From assembly GCA_963675665.1 (NCBI GenBank), contig OY776510.1:1888001-1952000 (forward strand): a stretch of DNA of 64,000 bases. The letters are read 5' to 3'. The position numbers and the translations under genes are program-made. The notes under the pieces were generated by a model that saw only the letters and a list, made by a program, of their open reading frames with translations, searched no databases and was not told where the DNA came from. Source of the DNA: Spirochaetia bacterium. Lineage in GTDB: Bacteria; Spirochaetota; Spirochaetia; UBA9216. This document shows, piece by piece, positions 28,901 to 38,392 of this stretch (positions are counted from its first letter, which is position 1; each line of letters begins with the position of its first letter).

Positions 28901-30976
28901 ATGAAATTACGTATGGGGGTAGACACGGGAGGAACTTTTACCGACTGTGTCGTTATTGACGAAAAGGGAGAGATTCACAGCTTCAAGGAGTTGTCCACAC
29001 CAAAGGACCCATCAATAGGCCTCTATAACGTAATTAAAAAGGCTGCAGGCTACTTCAAAAAAGATTTTAACGATTTCCTGGCCGGGCTTGATTTCTTTGC
29101 TCATGGAACAACGGTAGCTACCAATACCCTGCTTACGGGTACGGGAGCCGTAACCGGGCTGATTCTTACAAAAGGTTTTCGCGATTCTATTGAGATGCGG
29201 CGCGCCCATAAAAACAATATCTGGGACTTGTACCTCCCTGTTCCGACTCCGCTTGTTCCGAGATTTTTAAGAATCGGTATCGATGAACGGATTGATTATA
29301 AGGGTGATGTCGTTAAAAAGATGTCGGAAGAAGATGTTCGCAGGGCCTGCCGGATTTTCAGGCGGAACAATGTTGAAGCGGTTGCCGTCTGCACACTTTT
29401 TTCATTCTTAAATGATGAACATGAAAAACGTATCCGTGAGATTGTATGTGAAGAGCTGCCCAATGTTTTTATCTCGATATCTTCAGAAGTTCTTCCCCAG
29501 ATTCGTGAGTATGAACGTTCCTCGACAACTGTTGCAAATGCATATGTCGGACCCAAACTGACAATATACCTGGAAACCCTTGAAGCGCGTCTTAAAAATG
29601 ACGGCCTGAGCAGGGCTTTTTACGTTACGGCGTCGAACGGCGGAGTAATGACTGCCGACACGGCAATCAGGCACGCTTCGGCCACCCTTCTTTCAGGACC
29701 GGCAGCCGGGGCCGTTGGGGCAATGTATTTTGCCGACCTGCTTGACCGGCGAAATCTTATTCTTATGGACATGGGCGGAACATCTTTCGATGTAACCCTG
29801 ATTCACGATGCCGGTGTTACGCTGAGTACCGAAGGCGAAATAGCAGGTTACCGGGTAGCCAAACCCATGATCGATATACATACCATAGGCGCCGGGGGCG
29901 GTTCGATTGCTTGGATGGACTCCGGCGGAATGCTGAAAGTCGGACCTGCATCGGCGGGCTCCGATCCCGGACCCGTCTGTTACGGAATCGGCGGAAAAGA
30001 ACCTGCAGTAACCGACGCCAATCTTCTGCTTGGCTATCTTAACAAGGATTATTTTCTGGGCGGAGAGATGAAAGTCGATAACGAAGCAGCAGCAGAAGCC
30101 GTAAGGACAAGGATTGCCGAACCCCTGGGGATCAGCGTTCCTGAAGCCGCGCATGGAATTTTCAGAATAATTAATCAGAATATGGCGGACGCTGCAAAGG
30201 TTGTATCGGTGCAGAAAGGTCATGACCCGCGTGAATTCGCTCTTGTAAGCGCAGGAGGCGCCTGTTCAATTCATGCGTGCAAGATTGCCGAAGAGCTCGG
30301 AGCCACATCGGTTATTGTTCCGAAGGCGGCGAGCGTTTTCTGTGCTCTGGGTATGCTTGAGTCCGATATAAAACTCGACAGCGTAAAAACCTATAACGCA
30401 ACCATTCCGGGTATTGATCTGGAAGATTTCAACAGGGTCATAGTCGATGTTGAAAAGAAAGCTCTTGCCGAATTGCTGCAGGAAGGGGTTGAAGCCGGGC
30501 GCGCATCGCTGCTTCGGCACCTGGATATGAGGTATGTCGGCCAGCATCACGAGGTTACGGTGGATATTCCTGCAGGCTGTATGATTGAAGAAAAGCATCT
30601 CGACGAGATTGCCGATTCTTTTCACAGCGCGCATGAAAAACTGTATACGTATTCGACCCCCGAGAGCCAGCTTGAGATTATGGGACTACGCGTGACTGCT
30701 GTAGGAGCCGTCGACAAGGCAGAAGCTGCTCAAATCAGGCAGGAATCAATCGATATAGAAAAAGCTTTCAAGAACAGGCGAAAAGCCTGGTTTGCCGATG
30801 ATTCCGGGACGGGAAGTTTTATTGACGTTGATGTGTACGATCGCAATATGCTTGTTGCCGGACACCGGATTGCAGGCCCGGCTATTGTTGAAGAGCGAAT
30901 TACAACGGTGATAGTTCATCCGGGCTGGATTCTGAGCATTGATGAATATGGAAATATTATAATGGAGGCCGAGTGA
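28901..30976 (+). CDS. Hydantoinase/oxoprolinase family subunit A (ATP-dependent cyclic amide hydrolase)
   Basis: GVDTGGTFTD, HGTTVATN, REYER, SGPAAG, DMGGTSFD, GAGGGS, GPAIVEE. Confidence 0.93.
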   Translation: MKLRMGVDTGGTFTDCVVIDEKGEIHSFKELSTPKDPSIGLYNVIKKAAGYFKKDFNDFLAGLDFFAHGTTVATNTLLTGTGAVTGLILTKGFRDSIEMRRAHKNNIWDLYLPVPTPLVPRFLRIGIDERIDYKGDVVKKMSEEDVRRACRIFRRNNVEAVAVCTLFSFLNDEHEKRIREIVCEELPNVFISISSEVLPQIREYERSSTTVANAYVGPKLTIYLETLEARLKNDGLSRAFYVTASNGGVMTADTAIRHASATLLSGPAAGAVGAMYFADLLDRRNLILMDMGGTSFDVTLIHDAGVTLSTEGEIAGYRVAKPMIDIHTIGAGGGSIAWMDSGGMLKVGPASAGSDPGPVCYGIGGKEPAVTDANLLLGYLNKDYFLGGEMKVDNEAAAEAVRTRIAEPLGISVPEAAHGIFRIINQNMADAAKVVSVQKGHDPREFALVSAGGACSIHACKIAEELGATSVIVPKAASVFCALGMLESDIKLDSVKTYNATIPGIDLEDFNRVIVDVEKKALAELLQEGVEAGRASLLRHLDMRYVGQHHEVTVDIPAGCMIEEKHLDEIADSFHSAHEKLYTYSTPESQLEIMGLRVTAVGAVDKAEAAQIRQESIDIEKAFKNRRKAWFADDSGTGSFIDVDVYDRNMLVAGHRIAGPAIVEERITTVIVHPGWILSIDEYGNIIMEAE

Positions 30977-32730
30977 TGAGTGCAGTCAGAAAGAAGGAAT
31001 TTGAAGGCGCTGTAGATCCCATAACACTGTCGGTAATATACAACCGTCTGCTCACAATTAATGAAGAGATGGGGATAACTATGATAAACACCTCGATTTC
31101 TCCCATTTTTGCCGAGGCGCATGATTTTTCCTGTGCAATCTGCGACTGGAACAACCGTATAGTTGCCCAGATAGACGGTGTGCCGTCGCATACCGCTTCA
31201 GCTATGGAGTCGGTTAAAGCGGTAAGCGCCTACTTCGGGGATGATATAAACGACGGCGATGTGTTTGTCTTAAATGATCCTTATTCCGGCGGAACGCATC
31301 TGCCTGATCTGACGATTATGAAGCCGATTTTTTATAAAGGCAGCCTGCAGTTCATTGCCATAAACCGTGCCCATCACGGCGATGTCGGCGGAATTGATCC
31401 GGGATCATACTGCCCGTCGGCTACCGAGCTCTTTCATGAAGGAATAAGGATCCCGCCTCTGAGAATATATCGCGACAACAAACCTGTCATGGATGTTGTT
31501 GATATGATTCGGCTGAACACCAGAATGCCTGATGAACTGTGGGTTGATACGAAAGCAATGGTTGCTTCCTGCCGGGTCGCTGAAAAGCGGATTTACGAGC
31601 TTCTTGACAAGTACGGGGTGGAAATGACCCGCAGTACAATAGAAGAGATTCATCAGTATGCGGAACGCAGAATGAGAAAAGAGATTGAGGCTTTAAAAGA
31701 CGGAACCTATGTGGGCGAAACTTTTCTTGATAATGACGGCCATACCGATGATCCCATCCGCATAAAAGTGTCGATTACGATTAAGGGAGATGAAGCCTTT
31801 GTGGATTTTGACGGTACCGATGACCAGGTAACCGGTTTTATTAATTCACCGATAGCAAATACTGAAACCTGTGTTTATGTTGCCTTTCTGACAACCGTTA
31901 CAACACCGGATATCCCCCATAACGAGGGAGTTTACAGGCCTATTCATATTACCGCCCGCGAAGGTTCGATTGTGAATGCCCAGTTTCCCGCCGCTGTTGT
32001 GTCGTGTACGCTCGATACTGCATGCGCAATTCTTGAAGCGTGCTGGAAAGCCTTGTCCCAGGTGCTTCCCGATCGTGTGCCAGCCGGGTGGAATCGCTGG
32101 AACGGCCCCGCAATAGCCGGAGTAGACCCGAGAAGCGAAAACTTCTACGTTATGTTCGCATTCAACGGTTTCGGCGGCGCCGGGGGGATGTCCGGAATGG
32201 ACGGCAGGCATTATATCGGCGATGGAATTGATCTGGGCGGCCTGATTGCTCCGAATATCGAAACCAACGAGTCTGATTATCCCCATATAACCGAGTTCAA
32301 TGAATTCACGACGGACAGCTGCGGAGCCGGAAAATTCCGCGGCGGATGCGGCGCCGGTTACAGGATTAAAATGTACGATGATGAACCGAACCTGGTAATG
32401 TTCGGCGACGGCCGTGATAATCCTCCGTATGGTTTGTTCGGAGGCGGTGAAGGCAGCCCCAATATGGCTTGGCTTAATCAGGGGCTTGAAAACGAACGGC
32501 TGTTGAAATCTAAAGAGTCGGTAAACCTGCGTTCAGGCGAGACCTACACATCGTATCCTTCCGGAGGCGGAGGATGGGGTAACCCTGCCGAGCGTGATCC
32601 GGAACTTGTACGTCTTGATGCGATGAATGAAATAATCAGCCTCGAGGCTGCCGGGAAGATCTATAAGGTTGCTCTTGAAGGTGAAGACTTGCATATAAAC
32701 GAAGAAAAGACTGCTGAATTACGGAGGTGA
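30976..32730 (+). CDS. Hydantoinase B/oxoprolinase family subunit
   Basis: DFSCA, NDPYSGGTHLPD, HHGDVGG..PGS, EGIRIPP, GAGKFRGG, GGGGWG. Confidence 0.93.
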   Translation: MSAVRKKEFEGAVDPITLSVIYNRLLTINEEMGITMINTSISPIFAEAHDFSCAICDWNNRIVAQIDGVPSHTASAMESVKAVSAYFGDDINDGDVFVLNDPYSGGTHLPDLTIMKPIFYKGSLQFIAINRAHHGDVGGIDPGSYCPSATELFHEGIRIPPLRIYRDNKPVMDVVDMIRLNTRMPDELWVDTKAMVASCRVAEKRIYELLDKYGVEMTRSTIEEIHQYAERRMRKEIEALKDGTYVGETFLDNDGHTDDPIRIKVSITIKGDEAFVDFDGTDDQVTGFINSPIANTETCVYVAFLTTVTTPDIPHNEGVYRPIHITAREGSIVNAQFPAAVVSCTLDTACAILEACWKALSQVLPDRVPAGWNRWNGPAIAGVDPRSENFYVMFAFNGFGGAGGMSGMDGRHYIGDGIDLGGLIAPNIETNESDYPHITEFNEFTTDSCGAGKFRGGCGAGYRIKMYDDEPNLVMFGDGRDNPPYGLFGGGEGSPNMAWLNQGLENERLLKSKESVNLRSGETYTSYPSGGGGWGNPAERDPELVRLDAMNEIISLEAAGKIYKVALEGEDLHINEEKTAELRR

Positions 32731-33866
32731 GTGTGGAAATAAAAAAAATAGCTGTTCTGGGATCCGGAAACGGAGGGTTTATGAGCGCAGCCGATTTTGC
32801 CCTGCAGGGATATGAAGTTGCCATCTACTCCAGGAATGACGAGAAGATCGCAGGGGTTAGGGCTAACGGGGGGATAGATCTTCTGGACATTGACTCAAAC
32901 CCGACGGGGCAGAAGGCTGAAATTGCGTGTGCTACCTCCGATATTAAAGAAGCGCTGAAAGGCGCCCAGGTAGTTCTGAACCCGGTTCCAATTTTTGCAA
33001 GCAGTTTTTATGCTGAAAAATGCGCGCCGTATGTTGAAGACGGGCAAATCTTTGTCAGTCTGGGCAAGGGCGGAGCTTCACTTATATGGGCAAAGGTGTT
33101 CAAGGAAAAGGGTGTTTCCAAAAAGGTCTATCTTGCCGATACAAACACTCTGCCGTACGGTGCGTCCAGGATAGATGATCATTCCGTCAGGCTGGAAAAC
33201 AGAACACAGAATCTTCTTGCGGCCTGTTTTCCCGGAAAGGACATCAAATATGTTGGAGAGATACTTGAACAACTCTATACTCCGGACAACTACGATATCC
33301 GCTACGGGCAGAATGCCATAGATTCAATTCTTGTCGATTACAATGCTATAACGCATACGCCCCCGATGATCTGCAATGCGGCACGGATAGAAACCGGAGA
33401 TCCGGATTTTCATCTTTTCGGTAAAGATGAAAACACCCCGGCAGTTGTAAGGCTGATCGAAAGAATTGATCGCGAGCGTATGGCTATAGGAAAAGCACTC
33501 GGGCTGGAGCAGCACACACTTGAAGAAGAAATCCTGATGGTTAAGTGGAACCCGAATCAGGAAGATTATATTCTTCCGCTGTATGATGCCATCCACACCC
33601 CGTTTCTGGAAGTATGCGAAGGTCCGTTCAAACTTGAAACCAGGCACCTGACCGAGGATATACCTTACGGCCTTGTAACATATTCATCTCTCGGAAAGAT
33701 GCTTGGAGTGCCTACGCCGATATCGGATGCTGTAACTGCTATTGCCGGGGTTCTGCTCGATCGCGATTTTACAGCAAAAGGGAGGACTGTTGAACAGCTG
33801 GGAATTAATCCTTCATGGACAACTGAACAGCTGAAGCAATATCTTGAAGACGGAACAATAGAATAA
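32727..33866 (+). CDS. NAD(P)-dependent opine (octopine/nopaline) dehydrogenase family protein
   Basis: LGSGNGG Rossmann fold, TLPY..R, N...H.P, D.ER, RHLTEDIPYGL, GVPTP, GRT. Confidence 0.85.
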   Translation: MSVEIKKIAVLGSGNGGFMSAADFALQGYEVAIYSRNDEKIAGVRANGGIDLLDIDSNPTGQKAEIACATSDIKEALKGAQVVLNPVPIFASSFYAEKCAPYVEDGQIFVSLGKGGASLIWAKVFKEKGVSKKVYLADTNTLPYGASRIDDHSVRLENRTQNLLAACFPGKDIKYVGEILEQLYTPDNYDIRYGQNAIDSILVDYNAITHTPPMICNAARIETGDPDFHLFGKDENTPAVVRLIERIDRERMAIGKALGLEQHTLEEEILMVKWNPNQEDYILPLYDAIHTPFLEVCEGPFKLETRHLTEDIPYGLVTYSSLGKMLGVPTPISDAVTAIAGVLLDRDFTAKGRTVEQLGINPSWTTEQLKQYLEDGTIE

Positions 33867-33915
33867 TTCATTAAAACCCCCGCCTTCCATAGCGGGTATT
33901 ATAGAGGAGACGTAA

Positions 33916-34920
33916 ATGTCACATTTGAAAGGAAGAGATTTAAAAGGTATTCTTGATGTTAACCGCGATGAAGTTGAATTTATTCTCGATGTAGCAAAAG
34001 AGCTTAAACGGGAACAGAAGATCGGCCGGCCTCATCGATTACTGGAGGGGAAAAGTCTCGGCGGAATTTTTGAAACACCCAGTACCCGTACGAGTATAAG
34101 TTTCGAAACGGCAATGACGCATCTCGGAGGGCATATGATCTGGCTTGACTCAAGCCGACTCTGGGTAGGCGATGCTGCCGAAGAAGACTGGCGCGATACG
34201 GTTAAAACCATCGACAGGTTCCTCGACGGAGTTGCATACCGCGTAGGCGCCGCCCGCGAGAGGCTGGACAACGCCGCCGAATATGCCGAGATTCCTTTTA
34301 TTAACGCTTCCTGCCCCGTAGAACATCCCTGCCAGGCTTTTGCAGATCTTTTAACTATGCGCGAAAAGAAAGGCGACACCAAAGGGGCAAAAGTTGCATT
34401 TATGTGGGGTTATCGCGATGCCAACCCGCCTGCGGGCCTTACCAATTCGCTTATGATGATGGCCGGCACAATGGGTTTCGACATCTCAGTTGCCTGTCCC
34501 CCAGGTTATGAGCCGCATCCCGATTATATGAAAGAAGCCATGGCACGATCTGAAAAATCAGGCGGAAGCGTAAAGGTTGTTCACGATTATGAATCTGCAG
34601 CAAAGGACGCCGATTTTATCAACGTCTATTCATGGGTTTCTCCGGAAGTCTGGGCAAAGAGCGTAGCAAACCATTTTCAGGCAGATCCGGCATTTCAGGC
34701 AGAGAAGCTGAAACTCAAGGATAAATGGTGTGTTACCCAGGATGTAGTGGATATGGCGAAGAAGGATGTTATGGTAATGCATCCCATGCCGATTGCGCGT
34801 AATGAAGAAGTAACGAACGAGGTTCTTGATTCCGAAAAATGCATAATCTACGATGTAGCCGAGAACAGGCTGCACACCGAGAAAGCAATACTTGCCCTGC
34901 TTCTCGGAGGATACCGATAG
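33916..34920 (+). CDS. Carbamoyltransferase, non-OTC substrate loop
   Basis: PSTRT, HPCQ, HPMP, AENRLH kept; OTC DxxxSMG replaced by YSWVS. Confidence 0.85.
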   Translation: MSHLKGRDLKGILDVNRDEVEFILDVAKELKREQKIGRPHRLLEGKSLGGIFETPSTRTSISFETAMTHLGGHMIWLDSSRLWVGDAAEEDWRDTVKTIDRFLDGVAYRVGAARERLDNAAEYAEIPFINASCPVEHPCQAFADLLTMREKKGDTKGAKVAFMWGYRDANPPAGLTNSLMMMAGTMGFDISVACPPGYEPHPDYMKEAMARSEKSGGSVKVVHDYESAAKDADFINVYSWVSPEVWAKSVANHFQADPAFQAEKLKLKDKWCVTQDVVDMAKKDVMVMHPMPIARNEEVTNEVLDSEKCIIYDVAENRLHTEKAILALLLGGYR

Positions 34921-34935
34921 GTAGAAGGATATATC

Positions 34936-36258
34936 ATGTCTGAAAAGATCAGGATTGTTCATTTCATCAATCAGTTTTTTGCGGGGATCGGCGGTGAAGA
35001 GGAAGCCCATGTCGGCGTATCCTTCGAAGACGGTCCCAAAGGCCCCGGCACGGGTATAGAAGCAAAACTTTCCGATTCAGCTGAAGTGGTACGCACTATC
35101 TGGTGCGGGGATAACTATATAAACGAGAACCAGGAAGAAGCGTCGGCCGAGATTGAAAAACTGATTACGGATGCCAAACCGGATGTTGTGCTGGCAGGAC
35201 CGGCGTTCAATGCAGGCCGGTACGGACTTGCATGCGGGCTTGTAGCAAAAATGTGCCGGGACAAATTGGGAATTCCGGCAATCACCGGAATGTTTCCGGA
35301 GAACCCGGCTGTGGAAATCTACAAAGAAAGTGTCTATATAATGCCTGTAGGCGGAACTGCTGCGGGAATGCGCAAGGCCATACCTATGCTGTCCGAAAAG
35401 GTCCTGAAGCTCGGCCGGAAAGGCAAGCTTGGAAATGCTCTTGAAGACGGGTATATTCAGTCGGGTTACCGGTATAATGAGCTGGTTGAAAAGCCTGCAG
35501 CCGTACGGGCGCTCAATATGCTGATGCAGAGGCTGTCCGGGGAAGACCCGATAACCGAAGTACCGAGACGGACGTTTGAACAGGTTGATCCTGCACCCCC
35601 TGTCGGCAATATGAAGGAGGCTGTTATAGCTATAGTTACCGGCGGCGGAATGGTCCCGGCGGGAAATCCCGATAAACTGAAACAAGCCTTTGCCGATGCC
35701 TTCGGTGTTTACTCGATAGAGGGTCTGGATGAACTTCCTGCCGGAGAGTTCAAGGGAATTCACGGCGGGTTTGATTCAAGCTATGTAGATGAAGATCCGG
35801 ACAGGGTCGTTCCGCTCGACGCGCTTCGGGAGATGGAAAAAGAGGGAACATTTAAAAAGCTGGTTAATGAATATTTTGCGCTTTGCGGAATAGGGACAAA
35901 TGTAGCGATGAGTAAAAAGCTTGGAGCAGAGGTGGCCGAGGAGCTTAAAAGGAGACAGGTAAGCGCGGCAATCTACACCTCTACATGAGGCACCTGTACC
36001 CGTTGCGTGTCAACGATGCAGAAAGAAGCTGAGCGGGCAGGGATACCGTCGGCTTTGATTACAGCTATCCCGTCAGTTGCAAGTTCGGTCGGCGTAAGCC
36101 GAATCATAACAGGCGGAGGCATTCCCTATCCAGCAGGAGATCCGACTCTGCCGGCAGACAGAGAGATGGAGTTTCGTAAACGACTGGTAGAAAAGGCTCT
36201 TGAAGCCGTCAGTACAGCCGTCGACGGGCCGACAATTTTCAATGTCAGCATAGCCTAG
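34936..36258 (+). CDS. grdB: Glycine/sarcosine/betaine reductase family selenoprotein B (Sec at TGA 35986-35988)
   Basis: INQFFAGIGGEE.A, GPAFNAGRYG, MFPENPA, HGGFD, TST-U-GTCTRC; ORFs 34936-35988 and 36007-36258 share one frame; selA/selB in window. Confidence 0.93.
35995..36020 (+). promoter_or_regulatory. Candidate SECIS hairpin of grdB
   Basis: TGTA-CC-CGTTG-CGTGT-CAACG-A-TGCA stem-loop starting 6 nt after the UGA. Confidence 0.6.
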
Positions 36259-36274
36259 GCAATCGGAGGTGGGA

Positions 36275-37585
36275 ATGAAACTTGAACGAGGTTATTTCGA
36301 AATAAAGGATCTGGTCTTCGGCGGCAGCCTGTCGCTGAAAGACGGGGTCCTGACAATTGAGAAAAAGGAACTTGAAAATTATCTTCTTTCCGAGGATGAA
36401 AACGGAAATATAGAGCACATAGAGCTGGAAATCGTCAGGCCCGGCGAGAACACGCGAATTGTGCATATTCTTGATACGGTTATGGCGGGCGTCAAGGTTG
36501 AGGGCGAGAGCGAATTTATGCCCGGACAGATGTGTGATCCTGTAATAGCCGGAAACGGCAAAACCCATTTAATAACAAACCTGGCGATCATGGAATGTGC
36601 CGAACTTCCCTGGGCGGGAAAATCAGCGCTGTTATATCCCCGTGATGCCATTGTCGATATGATGGGGCCGGCTGCCGGTTATTCTCCGTTTTCGGAAACT
36701 TTTAACCTGATCCTGAAAATGGATATGGTTAAGGATTCGTCTGACATCGAATACGACAATTCCGTCAGAAACGCGGGCATAAGATGCGCCAGAAAGATAG
36801 CGGAACTGCTTCGCGATCTTGTACCTGATCGAAGTGAAGTCTTTGATTTTGATCAGGAGGTTGACCCTGAATTGCCCAAAATTGCATATGTAACCCAATG
36901 CCAGAACCAGGGCGTATATTCGAACACATTTTTGTACGGACATGAAGTCTGGAACATTGTTCCGACATATCTGAATCCTACTGAAATGATGGACGGGTGT
37001 GTTGTCAGCGGAAATTATGTATGGCCCTGTTTCAAGGTGCCGTCCTGGATACAGGCAAATATGCCCGCAGTAATGGAGCTTGCACGCGGCCACGGCGTAA
37101 AGTGGAATTTCACCGGTGTGGTTTTTGACCGCGGACATAATGATTCTCATTTTCTTAAACAGAGAGCCGCAAGTCTTGCTTCAAACCTGGTGCGCAGGCT
37201 GGGGGCCGACGGTGTTCTTATCTCGTGGGAAGGCGGCGGAAACGCAGCTACGGATGCAATGCTTACCCTTCAGACTTGCGAAAAGTGGGGGATAAAAGCC
37301 GTGCCCTATACTTTCGAGTTCGGCGGTCCGGACGGCCGCGAGGGGATTCTGCTTGTGGATGATGTTCCGGAGGCTGAATATGTTGTATCAACCGGTTCGA
37401 TAGAGAAGCCGACGACTATTCCCGCTGTTGATCGCGTTGCCGGCGGCGACTGCCTGCGGCTGAGGAAAGAAACAGGGGGAGAGCCTGAACCGGCTGATGT
37501 TGAGCGAACGCTTGATGTAATCACGGCGTTCTACTGCGGTGCAAACCAGAGCGGAATAGGGAGACTGGCGGGAGTTCCCTATTAA
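36275..37585 (+). CDS. Reductase component B proprotein-family subunit (GrdE/GrdG/GrdI homologue)
   Basis: MKLE..., IVRPGE..RI....D, G.G.TH, YG, PTY.NPTE.MDG..VSGN, ADG..IS.EGGGN...D; Tyr at the cleavage-Cys position. Confidence 0.85.
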   Translation: MKLERGYFEIKDLVFGGSLSLKDGVLTIEKKELENYLLSEDENGNIEHIELEIVRPGENTRIVHILDTVMAGVKVEGESEFMPGQMCDPVIAGNGKTHLITNLAIMECAELPWAGKSALLYPRDAIVDMMGPAAGYSPFSETFNLILKMDMVKDSSDIEYDNSVRNAGIRCARKIAELLRDLVPDRSEVFDFDQEVDPELPKIAYVTQCQNQGVYSNTFLYGHEVWNIVPTYLNPTEMMDGCVVSGNYVWPCFKVPSWIQANMPAVMELARGHGVKWNFTGVVFDRGHNDSHFLKQRAASLASNLVRRLGADGVLISWEGGGNAATDAMLTLQTCEKWGIKAVPYTFEFGGPDGREGILLVDDVPEAEYVVSTGSIEKPTTIPAVDRVAGGDCLRLRKETGGEPEPADVERTLDVITAFYCGANQSGIGRLAGVPY

Positions 37586-37858
37586 AGTTGAGCAATTGGT
37601 TATTGCTCAACTTTAATCTAAAGTAATTATGACAACAAACGGGTGTCATAATTACTTATATAGGTCTAAGGAAGAAAACTGAAACTGAAGTTTCAGTTTT
37701 CAGATTGGCGATTGGTTATCACCAAGTTTCAATTTTAAGTTTAATAACACCCTTCGGTTGTTATTAAACTTCATGAAGCAATGCCGGGAAAAATTAAAAG
37801 TTGAAACTTTTAATTTTAACTTAAACAAATGCTGAAAAAAGTCAAAAGCTTGACTTTT
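37581..37858. repeat. Array of seven AT-rich palindromes with A-B-C/A-B-C ~116-bp periodicity
   Basis: Inverted repeats at 37581-37617 (16 bp arms), 37621-37657 (14), 37674-37701 (13), 37705-37725 (8, one mismatch), 37737-37771 (13), 37790-37817 (13), 37837-37858 (9). Confidence 0.95.
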
Positions 37859-37933
37859 GGTTTTTAAATCCGTCGGTTAATCGGCCATGTTATGGTTCTC
37901 CGGCGGTTGTAATATTTTTTGGAGGTGATTCGG

Positions 37934-38392
37934 ATGCTTGAGGGCAAAAAGGTAATTATTCTCGGTGATCGCGACGGAATCCCGAGCGGCGCAATTGAAA
38001 ACTGCCTTTTGGGAAAAGAGCTGGAAATTATATTTTCCGTTACCGAGTGTTTTGTCTGAACTTCTGCCGGTGCAATGGATCTGGAGAACCAGAAGCGGGT
38101 GAAGGAGCTTGCTGAAAAACACGGGACTGATAATCTGTTTGTTCTGATAGGAGGAGCAGATCCCGAAGCAAGCGGTCTTGCTGTAGAGACAGTTATGGCC
38201 GGAGACCCGGCTTTTGCCGGTCCATTGACAGGAGTCCAGTTGGGACTTCCTGCATATCATATAGTAGAGCCTGAAATAAAGGCTGAAATTGATCCGACAG
38301 TTTATGAAGAAAACATCGGGATGATGGAAATGGTTCTTGATGTTGATGCTATAATTGAAGAAGTATCGACAGTCAGAAAGGATTGTTCATGA
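37934..38392 (+). CDS. grdA: Glycine/sarcosine/betaine reductase selenoprotein A (Sec at TGA 38057-38059)
   Basis: GGAGG RBS; [17 protein letters not shown]...[17 protein letters not shown]...GDPAFAGPL; the ORF track shows only the post-UGA half. Confidence 0.95.

Noticed and set aside
37581-37858. Palindrome array as a CRISPR array or a run of terminators
   Set aside because: No identical direct repeats with unique spacers and no cas genes; stems are AT-rich and differ from each other, two have 2-nt centres, and the operon continues downstream.
34936-38392. grdB and grdA as pseudogenes with premature stops
   Set aside because: The TGA codons sit at the conserved Sec positions (UxxC, CxxU), frames continue, and selA/selB are present.
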